Shown here piece by piece: positions 46,029-55,800 of a stretch of DNA of 64,000 nucleotides. Position 1 is the first letter of the stretch; the number at the start of each line of letters is the position of its first letter. The stretch is from the NCBI GenBank assembly GCA_016125095.1, contig WGMK01000010.1:331336-395335 (forward strand). Reading direction: 5' to 3'. The position numbers and the translations under genes are program-made. This DNA comes from Candidatus Hydrogenedens sp. (GTDB lineage: Bacteria; Hydrogenedentota; Hydrogenedentia; Hydrogenedentales; JAEUWI01). The notes under the pieces were generated by a model that was given only the letters and a program-made list of their open reading frames with translations, was not told where the DNA came from and searched no databases.

Positions 46029-47069
46029 GTGGAAGCTGGGAAATCCGCTTCCGAGGAGTCGCGCTTGGACATTTACGAGGGAATTTTTGAATGCGCGCCC
46101 GATGCGATGCTGGTCGTCGGCGGCGATGGCATCATCGCCAAGGCAAACCAGACGGCGGAGCGTATGTTCGGCTATGAGCGCGGGGCTCTGGCCGGCGCTT
46201 CGGTCGAGTCGCTGATCCCGCGCCGCTTCACCTCGCGCCATGTACAGCACCGCTCGGAATACTTCTCGGAGCCCAGGACGCGTCCCATGGGCGAAGGCCT
46301 CGACTTATTCGGCCTGCGGAATGACGGCACCGAGTTTCCCGTCGATATCATGCTGAGCCCCATGAAGACCGAGTCCGGTCCGGTGATACTCTGTGTCGCG
46401 CGCGATTGCACGGACCGCAAGCGCGCGGAGTCGCTTATCCTCGAGTCGCTTCGCGAGAAGGAAGTTCTCATCAAGGAAATCCACCACCGGGTGAAGAACA
46501 ACCTTGCCGTCATGTCCAGCCTGTTCTATCTGCAGTCAACGTATACGCATGACGAGCCGACGATAGAGATTCTTCGCGAAAGCCAGGATCGGGTGCGCTC
46601 CATGGCGCTGGTGCACGAGTCACTTTATCAGTCCGGCAACTTCTCCGCCGTAAACTTCGCGGACTACGCGGTGAACCTCAGCGAACAGCTTATCGGCGCC
46701 TATACCATGCCTACAGGGCGTATCAAGCTCATCTCCAATGTCGAGTCCGTGCAGCTCAATATGGAATTGGCGGTGCCGTGCGGACTGATTCTCAACGAAA
46801 TCGTGACGAACGCCCTCAAGCATGCATTTCCGCACGGATACCCCGGCGAAATTCAGTTGAACCTGCGCACGCTGGACACCGGCGATATCGAGTTGTGCGT
46901 CATCGACAACGGCGTAGGCATCACCGACATGTTCGATCCCGATGCGTCGCCCACGCTCGGACTTAGGCTGATACGTCTACTCGCCCGCCAAATCGATGGC
47001 GATTTCCGGATGTCCGCCAGGCTGCCCGGTACCGAGGTCTGCCTGAAAGTGCCGGCGCTGCATGGATGA
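46029..47069 (+). CDS. PAS-domain sensor histidine kinase, HWE/HisKA_2 type
   Basis: GTG start. PAS fold (FECAPDAMLVVGGDGIIAKANQTAERMFGYER). H-box EIHHRVKNNLAVMSSL typical of HisKA_2/HWE kinases. Overlaps the next kinase gene by ATGA. Confidence 0.7.
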   Translation: MEAGKSASEESRLDIYEGIFECAPDAMLVVGGDGIIAKANQTAERMFGYERGALAGASVESLIPRRFTSRHVQHRSEYFSEPRTRPMGEGLDLFGLRNDGTEFPVDIMLSPMKTESGPVILCVARDCTDRKRAESLILESLREKEVLIKEIHHRVKNNLAVMSSLFYLQSTYTHDEPTIEILRESQDRVRSMALVHESLYQSGNFSAVNFADYAVNLSEQLIGAYTMPTGRIKLISNVESVQLNMELAVPCGLILNEIVTNALKHAFPHGYPGEIQLNLRTLDTGDIELCVIDNGVGITDMFDPDASPTLGLRLIRLLARQIDGDFRMSARLPGTEVCLKVPALHG

Positions 47070-50000
47070 TTACCAGCATCGAACATAGCATCTTGAGCGT
47101 ACTGGTCGTGGAGGACGAGGCCCTGATCGCCGAGGAAATCTCCGACCGGCTGCAGCGGCTTGGCTACCTCGTCGCGGGAATCGCCGACAACGCGGAGTCC
47201 GCTATTGAAATCGCTTCCCGCGAGCGGCCTGACGTTGTGCTCATGGACATCAGCATCAAGGGCGCTGACGATGGCGTGGAGACAGCGCGCAAAATCTACG
47301 CCGAACTCGATATTCCCGTGGTGTTCCTCACGGCCCATTCCGACGAGGTGACTTTCGCGCGCGCGATGTCGGCGGCATCCTTCGGCTACGTGCTCAAGCC
47401 CTTCCACGAGCGCGACCTCCTGTCTGCGGTCAAGGTCGCCCTGCATCGCCATCACACCGAACAGTACCTGCGGGACAGCGAACTGACCTATGCAACCATT
47501 GCCGCGAACGTTGCCGATGGCATCATCGCGCTAGATGCCGATGCGCGCGTCCGATATCTCAATCCCGCTGCCGAATCCATGCTGCGCATTGAAGGGGCGG
47601 ATTCGATTGGCCAGCCGCTCGAGTCGGTGCTGCGATATACCACCCTCACGGGCGACGGTATCGACGCGGGCATGGTGTCCGCCGTGCTGACCTCGGGCGA
47701 GCCGTCCCAGAACTCGGAATGGGAAGTGCTTCAGGCAGACGGGGGCAAGCTGATAGCGGAGGCCAACGTAACGCCGATCCGGGGAGGCGGAGGGACCGTC
47801 AAGGGCGCAGTGATTGCCCTGCGCGATATCACCGAGCGCAGGAGACAGGAGTCGGCCCTGCGCGAAAGCGAAGAACGCTGGCAGTTCGCCCTCGAGGGCG
47901 CGGATGACGGCGTGTGGGACTGGGATGCTTCCAGTAATTATGCCTATTTCAGCCCCGGCTGGAAGGCCATGCTCGGCTATGCGGAACATGAGATCCCGGG
48001 TACCTACGAGGCGTGGGAGTCGCTCATTCATACCGACGACCGCGAAGGCGTGCTCAAGTCGCTGGACGAGTTGTTGAGCGGAAGGCAACCGAACTACGCC
48101 GTCGAGCATCGGCTCCGGTGCCACGACGGCTCGTACAAGTGGGTGCTCGCCCGCGGCAAGGTAGTCGCTCGCGATGCGGAAGGCGCCGCCCTGCGCATCG
48201 TCGGCACGCACACCGACCTCAGCGAAATGAAAGAGGCGATGCACACGCTCCAAGAGAGCGAAAGCCGGTTCCGGGCGCTTATCGAGGACCTTGCTGTCGG
48301 GGTGGTGTTGCAGGATCCGGACGACCGCGTGACCCTTATTAATCGTGCCGCCAAACAAATCCTCGGCATCGATCTCGATCGCGACCGAAATATCGGGTCG
48401 TCGGATCCACGCTGGAACTTGACGCGGGAAGACGGTGCGACGCTGCTGCCGGAGGACGCTCCTTCTGTGATTGCAGCGAAGACGCTGGTTCCTGTGCGGA
48501 ATCAGGTGCTCGGGGCCTGCAACCTGGAGACAGGAGAACGAAAGTGGCTGCTGGTCACGGCCGCACCGAGACTTTATGAAGATAATTTGCTCAAGCACGT
48601 CCTCGTGACGATTGCGGACATTACCGCTCAGAAGCAGACGGAACAGGCGCTGCGCGAAAGCGACGAGCGCGTGCGGGCGTTGAACGAGCGCTTTGTGCTC
48701 GCCGCCGATTCCGCGGGTATCGGTGTCTGGGAATACAACGCGCAATCGGGTGCCGTCGTTTGGGACGAGCAAATGCACCGGTTGTTTGGCTTGTCGCGGG
48801 AAGATTTCGAGGGTACCTACAAGGCTTGGGTGAGTTGTATTCATCCGGACGATGGCGCAGCGTTCCACTCCGCGATGAAGACGGCCATGGCGGGAAGCGG
48901 TTTCCTCGACATCGAATACCGGATCAAGCTGCCCGACAATGTCGAACGCCATTTGCGTGCCTGTGCCCGGGTGCTTCCCGGCAAGGACGGCCAATCCCTG
49001 CGGATTGCGGGCGTACATATCGACATGACCCGGCAGCGCCAGCTGGAGCGGCGACTTCTCCAGGGGCAGAAAATGCAGGCCATCGGCCAGCTGGCCGGCG
49101 GCGTCGCGCATGACTTCAACAACCTGCTTACCGTAATTTGCGGTTACAGCGACATGATGCTCGGGGAACTCATGGACTCCGCGCATCCGCTGCGCCCCTT
49201 CGTGGAGGCCATGCACGAAGCCGGGGAGCGTGCCGCGCGTCTGACCCAGCAATTGCTGCTCTTCGGCCGCAAAGCCGATCAGCGACTGGAAACGTTCAGT
49301 CTCAATGATTTGCTTCAGGACATGCACCGCATGCTGCGCAGGCTTATCGAGGAAAGCATTGCGATCGAGGTTGCACCGCAACCCGACTGCAAATCGGTCT
49401 TGGCCGATCGCACCCAGCTGGAGCAGGTGATCCTGAACCTGTGCCTGAATGCCCGGGACGCCATGCCCCGGGGCGGCAATTTAGTACTATGCACCCGGGA
49501 CGCGACACCCGAGGAAGTGGCAGCACCGCGCACACCGGGCGATCACGTGGTACTTCTGGTGAAGGACGATGGCCTGGGCATGTCGCCCGAAGTGAAAGAC
49601 CGTCTGTTCGAGCCCTTCTTCACCACCAAGGGCGCCGGTCAGGGCACCGGGCTGGGCATGGCCACGGTGTATAGCGTCGTCGAGCAGGCAGGCGGGTTCA
49701 TCGAAATTGAAAGCGAGCCCGGTGAGGGCACCGAAGTTCGTGTATATCTGCCCGTGGCCGATGCCTGGGTGACTGCGGCGGCGGCGGCCAAGGCGCAAAG
49801 GAAAGTAAAAGGCAACGGCGAAACGATTCTGCTCGTGGAGGATGAGGATGAAGTGCGCCGCGTCGGCCGCCTCATTCTTGAACAATCGGGCTTTACAGTG
49901 ATCGAGGCCGAGAGTGCCATGGAGGCACTGGGCAAATACGATGCCCACGAGGGGCGGGTCGATATGCTCGTGACCGATGTGGTCATGCCGCAAATCAATG

Positions 50001-50185
50001 GCCGCGAATTGGCCGAGCGTCTGCGCGCCAAGAAGCCCGATCTCATAGTGCTCTTCGTAAGCGGCTACAATGAGGATGCCGTACTACGCCAGGGTATTTC
50101 CGACACCACTACGGGCTTCCTTTCCAAGCCCTTCAGCCATCACGAATTCGCACTGCGTGTCTGGGAGGCGCTCCAGAAGCGCTGA
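47066..50185 (+). CDS. Hybrid sensor histidine kinase/response regulator (REC - multiple PAS - HisKA - HATPase_c - REC)
   Basis: N-terminal receiver (VLVVEDEALIAEE...DVVLMDISI). Three or more PAS/PAC modules. H-box AGGVAHDFNNLLTVI. G-boxes DDGLGM...GTGLGM. C-terminal receiver (ILLVEDEDEVR...DMLVTDVVMP). Confidence 0.8.
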   Translation: MITSIEHSILSVLVVEDEALIAEEISDRLQRLGYLVAGIADNAESAIEIASRERPDVVLMDISIKGADDGVETARKIYAELDIPVVFLTAHSDEVTFARAMSAASFGYVLKPFHERDLLSAVKVALHRHHTEQYLRDSELTYATIAANVADGIIALDADARVRYLNPAAESMLRIEGADSIGQPLESVLRYTTLTGDGIDAGMVSAVLTSGEPSQNSEWEVLQADGGKLIAEANVTPIRGGGGTVKGAVIALRDITERRRQESALRESEERWQFALEGADDGVWDWDASSNYAYFSPGWKAMLGYAEHEIPGTYEAWESLIHTDDREGVLKSLDELLSGRQPNYAVEHRLRCHDGSYKWVLARGKVVARDAEGAALRIVGTHTDLSEMKEAMHTLQESESRFRALIEDLAVGVVLQDPDDRVTLINRAAKQILGIDLDRDRNIGSSDPRWNLTREDGATLLPEDAPSVIAAKTLVPVRNQVLGACNLETGERKWLLVTAAPRLYEDNLLKHVLVTIADITAQKQTEQALRESDERVRALNERFVLAADSAGIGVWEYNAQSGAVVWDEQMHRLFGLSREDFEGTYKAWVSCIHPDDGAAFHSAMKTAMAGSGFLDIEYRIKLPDNVERHLRACARVLPGKDGQSLRIAGVHIDMTRQRQLERRLLQGQKMQAIGQLAGGVAHDFNNLLTVICGYSDMMLGELMDSAHPLRPFVEAMHEAGERAARLTQQLLLFGRKADQRLETFSLNDLLQDMHRMLRRLIEESIAIEVAPQPDCKSVLADRTQLEQVILNLCLNARDAMPRGGNLVLCTRDATPEEVAAPRTPGDHVVLLVKDDGLGMSPEVKDRLFEPFFTTKGAGQGTGLGMATVYSVVEQAGGFIEIESEPGEGTEVRVYLPVADAWVTAAAAAKAQRKVKGNGETILLVEDEDEVRRVGRLILEQSGFTVIEAESAMEALGKYDAHEGRVDMLVTDVVMPQINGRELAERLRAKKPDLIVLFVSGYNEDAVLRQGISDTTTGFLSKPFSHHEFALRVWEALQKR

Positions 50186-50438
50186 CCCACCCGTAGTGCC
50201 GCCCTTCGGGGCGCCTTGCCCCGGCAATACCCCTTCGTACGTATGTCAACAATCCCGGCTTTCGCTGGCGGGAACCCAGTGAAATCACCATTTTCATATA
50301 ATGTAGGTATCTATGGGATTGCGATTTTTTCGGGATACCCGTATAATTCCGTCGGGCTTGTAAGGCTTCCGTCTCAATCAGCGAGACCACGGAAGCCGTA
50401 GTAACGCGAGCCATCAGATACCCGCAGAATGAGGTCGT

Positions 50439-52769
50439 ATGTCTATCCAAGCAGAGACACTGGAATCGCTGTCGATATTATGTCGGCTACTTTCCAGTCT
50501 TCCATCCGCCGCCTATATGACCGGCACGGGCGGGAAAATCAGCTTTTACAACAAGCATTTTGAGACGCTCGCGGGCGGCGCGCCCGCCCAAGACGTGCCC
50601 AGCGAGACCTTCTTTGCTCCGTTTCGTTTTGTGGGGCCGGCCGCCACGCCGCTGCCGTTCCGGGATACCTGCCTGAGTCGCGCGGTGCAGGAGCGCCGCG
50701 ATTTTCATGATCAGGAGGTCACGCTGATCCGTCCCGATGGCGCCCGGCTCGAGTTGCTGATCCAGGTGCTTATGCTCTGGGGCGACACGGAGGAGAACGT
50801 CGGCGCGCTCCATATTCTCACGGACATGACGAACCGCAAATTGGCGGTCGATTCTCTCCGGCGGAGCGAGGAACGATTCCGCAGCCTGTTCAATGCGACC
50901 GGCGATGCGGTTTTCGTGCATGACCTTGAGGCGCGGATTCTGGACGTAAACGCGGCGGCGTGCAAGAGCCTCGGGTACACCCGCGAAGAACTGCTCGAGA
51001 TGCACGTGCAGGATATCGAGCAGGCGTTTCCCATCGATAGGCTGGATGAGATCTGGGAACAGGTGCAGCAACTCGGCGGCTTGAAAGTGGATGGCCACCA
51101 CCGCCGCAAGGACGGCTCGGTATTTCCGGTCGAGATCAACATTGCGCCATTCCCGGGACCTGACGGAATGACCATGTGCGCTGCCGTGCGCGACATCAGC
51201 GAACGCAAAGCCTCGGAAGAAGCGATCCGCCGGAGCGAGGAGTTGTTGCGGCTCTACTTCGATCTCGGTCTTATGGGCATGGCGATCTCCTCGCCGGATA
51301 AGGGCTGGGTGCAGTTTAACGACCGCTTCTGCGACATGCTCGGCTTCTCGCGCGAGGAAATGGCCGCAATGTCCTGACCGCAAATCACGCATCCCGACGA
51401 TGTGAGCCTCGACGAGGCACAGTTCGCGCGGGTGATGTCGGGCGAGATTGATGGTTACGCCATCGAGAAGCGCTATCTCACTCGGAGCGGAACCACCATC
51501 CCGGTCGAGTTGTTCGTTAAATGCGTACGCCGGGCCGACGGCTCCCCGGACTATTTCGTGGCGATGGTGCAGGACATCAGCGAACGCAAGCGTGCCGAGC
51601 TTGAGAAGGCTGAACTTCAAGTTCAGCTGCTGCAGGCGCAGAAGCTTGAGGCGGTGGGCCAATTGGCCGGTGGCGTAGCGCATGTTTTCAACAACCTGCT
51701 GCAGGTCATTGAGGGTTACACCGAATTCGCCCAGCAGGACTTGCCCCGGAATCATACCGTGCAGGAAGCCCTCGGCAAGATCGCCGGTGCGGCCTCGCGG
51801 GCTGCCACGCTGGTCGACCAGTTGCTCGCTTTCAGCCGCCGCCAGGTGATGCGGCCCGAAAGCCTCGACCTGAATGAAGTCATCAGCGTCCTCTCCGAAG
51901 CGATTGGTCGCATCGCGGGCGACAGTATCGCGGTGCAAGTACATTCGGCGGCGCCACTCAATCGCATCATCGCGGACCGGAGTATGATCGAGCAGACCAT
52001 ATTGAACCTCTGCGTCAATGCGCGGGAGGCCATGAGTGATTCGGGGGTCCTGACCATCAAGACCGGAGAAAAGACGCTCGACGAGGAATTCTGCGACGCC
52101 AGCCACTGGGCCGTACCCGGGGAATATGTTTCGGTCGAAATCAGCGACACCGGCTGTGGCATGAGTGCCGAACTTCTCGATCACATCTTCGAGCCGTTCT
52201 TTACCACGAAGGACAAGAGCGGTGGCGGCGGTTTGGGGCTCGCGACAGCCTACGGCATGGTGCGGCAGTACGCCGGCCTGATTCACGCGGAGAGCACACT
52301 GGCCAAGGGCTCGACCTTTACCTGCTACTTCCCCGTATCGCCTTCACGGACCGCATTGGCCGACCGGCCGCAGCACCCCTATCAGCCCTCCGGTGCTGAA
52401 GTCATCCTGCTTGCGGAAGATGACGAGGCGGTACGCATGCTTACCGAGCGCATTCTTCGCAATGCGGGGTACCAAGTCATCACGGCGGCCGACGGGCGCG
52501 AGGCGGTCGAGATGGTTGCGCAGTCCGGGGTACGGATCGATATGCTGCTGTTCGACGTCGTCATGCCAAACATGGGCGGCCGCGAGGCCAGCGACGCCAT
52601 TCACAAGACGCATCCGGAAATTCCCGTGCTGTATTACAGCGGTTACAGCGAGAACGCCATACATGCGAACTTCGTGTTGAATGAAGAGACCCGCCTGCTG
52701 GAGAAGCCTTTCAAACCGAAGGAGCTCCTCGAGCGAGTGCGGGAAACCCTGGAATCGGCCAGACGCTAG
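50439..52769 (+). pseudogene. Hybrid PAS sensor histidine kinase/response regulator interrupted by one in-frame TGA (51378..51380) at a conserved PAS tryptophan position
   Basis: ORFs 50439..51377 and 51402..52769 are in the same frame; the only interruption is TGA in ...EEMAAMS*PQITHPDDVSLDE..., where PAS consensus has GxSW.xxIHPDD (TGG Trp). Downstream H-box AGGVAHVFNNLLQVI, HATPase G-boxes, and a C-terminal receiver domain are intact. Confidence 0.6.
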
Positions 52770-52817
52770 GCTGGGATTAAGCCGTCCATCTTTACGACGA
52801 AAGCGTCCGCCAAACGA

Positions 52818-55800
52818 TCAGAAGCAGAAGCCGTCTTCGCTTTCGCCGCACCACCGAATGGTTCCACGATTGAAGAACTGCACCACGCGGAGCAGTTCGG
52901 ACAATTGGATGACCCAATCCTGCACCTGAAAGTCTGCGGCGTGGGGGGCGCAGCCGTCCTTGGCGCCTGCGCCCGGGGCGTAGGCATCCTCCGAGCCGCT
53001 GCTGCAATGCAGTCCGCCCGCGTTGTAGAACTGGATCAACCGCAGCAATTCGGCCAGGTCGATCTTGCCATTGCCATCGAGGTCGGCCGAATGCCGGTGC
53101 TGCTGCGGTTCGCCCTCGGCAGCGCTTTCGCCCTCAAGGGTGGTTTCGCCTTCTTCTCCTTCGACGCTACCTTCACCTTCCGCCGGGTGACCTTCGCCCT
53201 CGAGCGTGCCGCCGCCGCAGGGGCAGCCGCCGCCGTTGGCCGTGGCGTCCGCATTCAGCGCCCACGGCACGAACTGGGGCAGGGGACTCGCCGCCATCAG
53301 GCTGGCGTTGTACTCGCCGAGATTGCACGCCCCATCCAGATCGGCGTCACCATTCCATGCCAGAAACCGTTCAGACGTCCGGTCGAAATCGTTCAGGTCG
53401 AGGTCCGGGAGCGAGAACGGTAGCGAGTCCAGCGCATCGACAATGATAGCGATGGTGGCCTCTTCGCCCAGCGTCATGAGGCCCGCGATCGCATTCACGA
53501 CCGTGGCGCGCGGAAACAGGGTGAACAGCAGCGGCTGCTGGGTGTTTACTGCCGTCGCGAATTCATTGGCCAACGGCAGGTTGGTCTCGTAGGCCGAACG
53601 CACGCAGCAGTAGGCATGATAGTCCGGGTCGGCCAGCACGGCGTCCACCAGCCGCGCGTGCAGCGTATCCGGGATGCCGTTCTCGTCGAGGTCGGCCGTG
53701 TCGGGGTCCTCGCCCACCAGCGGATTCGCATAGATGGTCCGCATCGCCGCCTCGAAACCGGCGTCGATGCCCTCGGCATACGCGCAATCGCGGTCGCATC
53801 CTTCGATTTCGCATGAAGGTTCGCCCTCGCCGCCGCCTTCCGTCGCGCCCTCGCCGTCCACGGCTCCCTCGGGCTTGCCCTCGCCGTCGACCGCGCCTTC
53901 AACAGCAGCCTCGCCTTCGCCCTCGGCGTCACCCGGATCGATGCAAAGGCCCGGCCCCGGCTGAAGCAGCGCATCGGTTGCCGCCAGCAGATAGCAGCAC
54001 CGGCTGCGCAGCCGGAAGCAGGAATACTCGTCGGCGTTGCTCACGCCGTCGTTGTCGGCGTCGCCATTGAAGGCGAGTAACGCCGGCAGCCGCGTGTAGT
54101 TGCTGGGATTTACCGCCGTTACCCCGAGGTCGATATCCGTAACCGCCGCCGCCTCCGTGGTCGCCGTCACCGGTATCGCCACGGAGTCGTCATCGCCCAG
54201 CAACATGTACGCCGCCAGCACTTCGTGCAGCTGCGGCGATATGGCGTTCACCAGGCCAGTCGGCCCGCCCAGGTCGGCGTACATCCGGGCCTTGTTGTTG
54301 TTCCAGCCTTCGCACACCTGCTGCGATGCACCAAGGCCGCCCTGCGTGAGGAAGTAATTAATCAGCGCGAACTCGTCGCTGTCGAGCAGACCGTTGGGGA
54401 AGATTTGCTCGTCCTCGATGCTGAATCCGCCGTTGATGTCCGACGAACTGGGGTCGAAGGAATAGCCGCCCAACTGAGACCGGAACTGTTCGAGCGCCCG
54501 ATCGACCGCCGCCATCTTGCCGTCGAAATCCACGGGACCGCAGGGACCGCTGCCATCCGGGCCGCACTGGTCGAAACAGCGATCCACATTGCCGCCCAGC
54601 GGCGTCATGGCCGCCGCCACATAGTCGGCGCGCGTGCCGCCCTTGCCCGCCACATAGTTACGCTCGAAGAGGTTGGTCATCTCATCGCCGTCGGGGTCGC
54701 CTCCGCTGGCCAGTTGCTGCCGCCCGCCGGGCGCGGAATCGCGGTAGGGGTAGTAATAGCCGGAAAGCTGCAGCAGCTTGGAGAAGTATTCGGCGTGCGC
54801 CTGGCTCACGGTCATCAGCGCAGCGAGCACATGCTGGAATTCCTGGATAAGTTTGAATTGTGCGTCGCCCTGCAGCCGCGACAGGTTGCCGGTGTACTTC
54901 TTTCGCGCGCCCAGGTAATGTGCGAAGTCGGGCGCGCAGGTCGCGCCGGCCAGGAGTGCGGCCTCCCAGCAGTCCGCGATGCCGTTGGCGTCCAAGTCTT
55001 CCGTCGCCCAGCCGTCGCTGCCGGGAATCGCTGCATAGAGCGCGCTGCCTTCCGCATCAAGGAGGGCCAGAAAGCCCGAGCAGTCCGCCGGCTCTTCGCC
55101 ATTGTTGTTCTCTTCGCCGTCGCAGCCGCCACCATTGGCGAGCACGTCCGGGTTCATCGCGTTGGCAACGAACGAGACGTAGCCGCCGAGGTCGCGCGGC
55201 ACCGCATTGAACTCGCTCAGGTTGCACACGCCGTCGTCGTCGGCATCGCCCAGCGCCCCGACATACGGTGCTGCGCTGGTGTCGAACAGCGTCGCATCGA
55301 CTTCGATCTGTTTGTCTTCATCCAGCAGGGTGTTCAACTCGCTGAAGATGGCGAGCATGGCCGCCACGCCGGCCGGTTCGCCCTGGGTCACCAGCCCCAC
55401 CAGCGCGCGCTGCACCTTGCCCACGTCGATAACGAGGCCGATGCCTTGCTCGACGGGCAGCCCGTAGTATTGCTGCGAGAGCTTGTCCCAGAGTTCGTCG
55501 AGGTAGCCCTTCACCACCACCTCGTTGTTCAGGTACGCGCTACCCACCTCGAGGTAATGCGGATTGTCGGCGCACCAGAGGACTGCGTCGATCAGCAGCG
55601 CCTGCGCGTAGTCGACGATGCCGTTCTCATCCAGGTCCGTCGCGTAGGAATCTTCGCACAGCAGGCAGATCGGATCGGTGAGGGGGATGGTGATCGTCTT
55701 CGTATAGAGGTACTCGATAGAGCGCGCGAACTCGACGCCCCGCAATATACCCTCGGGGCAGGCGGCCGTCAGCACCGCGTCCACGTAGGCGTCGCGGTTG

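Noticed and set aside
50186-50438. Nested hairpin (GGCTTCCG-TCTC-AATCAGC-GAGA-CCA-CGGAAGCC) about 50 nt upstream of the third kinase gene, as a possible riboswitch
   Set aside because: It is a single short stem-loop without the multi-helix architecture or conserved nucleotides of a known riboswitch class. It is more likely a simple 5'-UTR or terminator-type hairpin.
51378-51380. In-frame TGA in the sensor kinase as selenocysteine or as evidence of a TGA=Trp/Gly genetic code
   Set aside because: Many other genes in the window terminate at TGA with sensible C-termini and overlaps (lutB/lutC, HK1/HK2, pyrD/pyrF). The conserved residue expected here is Trp, not Cys/Sec, and no convincing SECIS-like hairpin lies immediately downstream. 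A nonsense mutation or sequencing error is more parsimonious.
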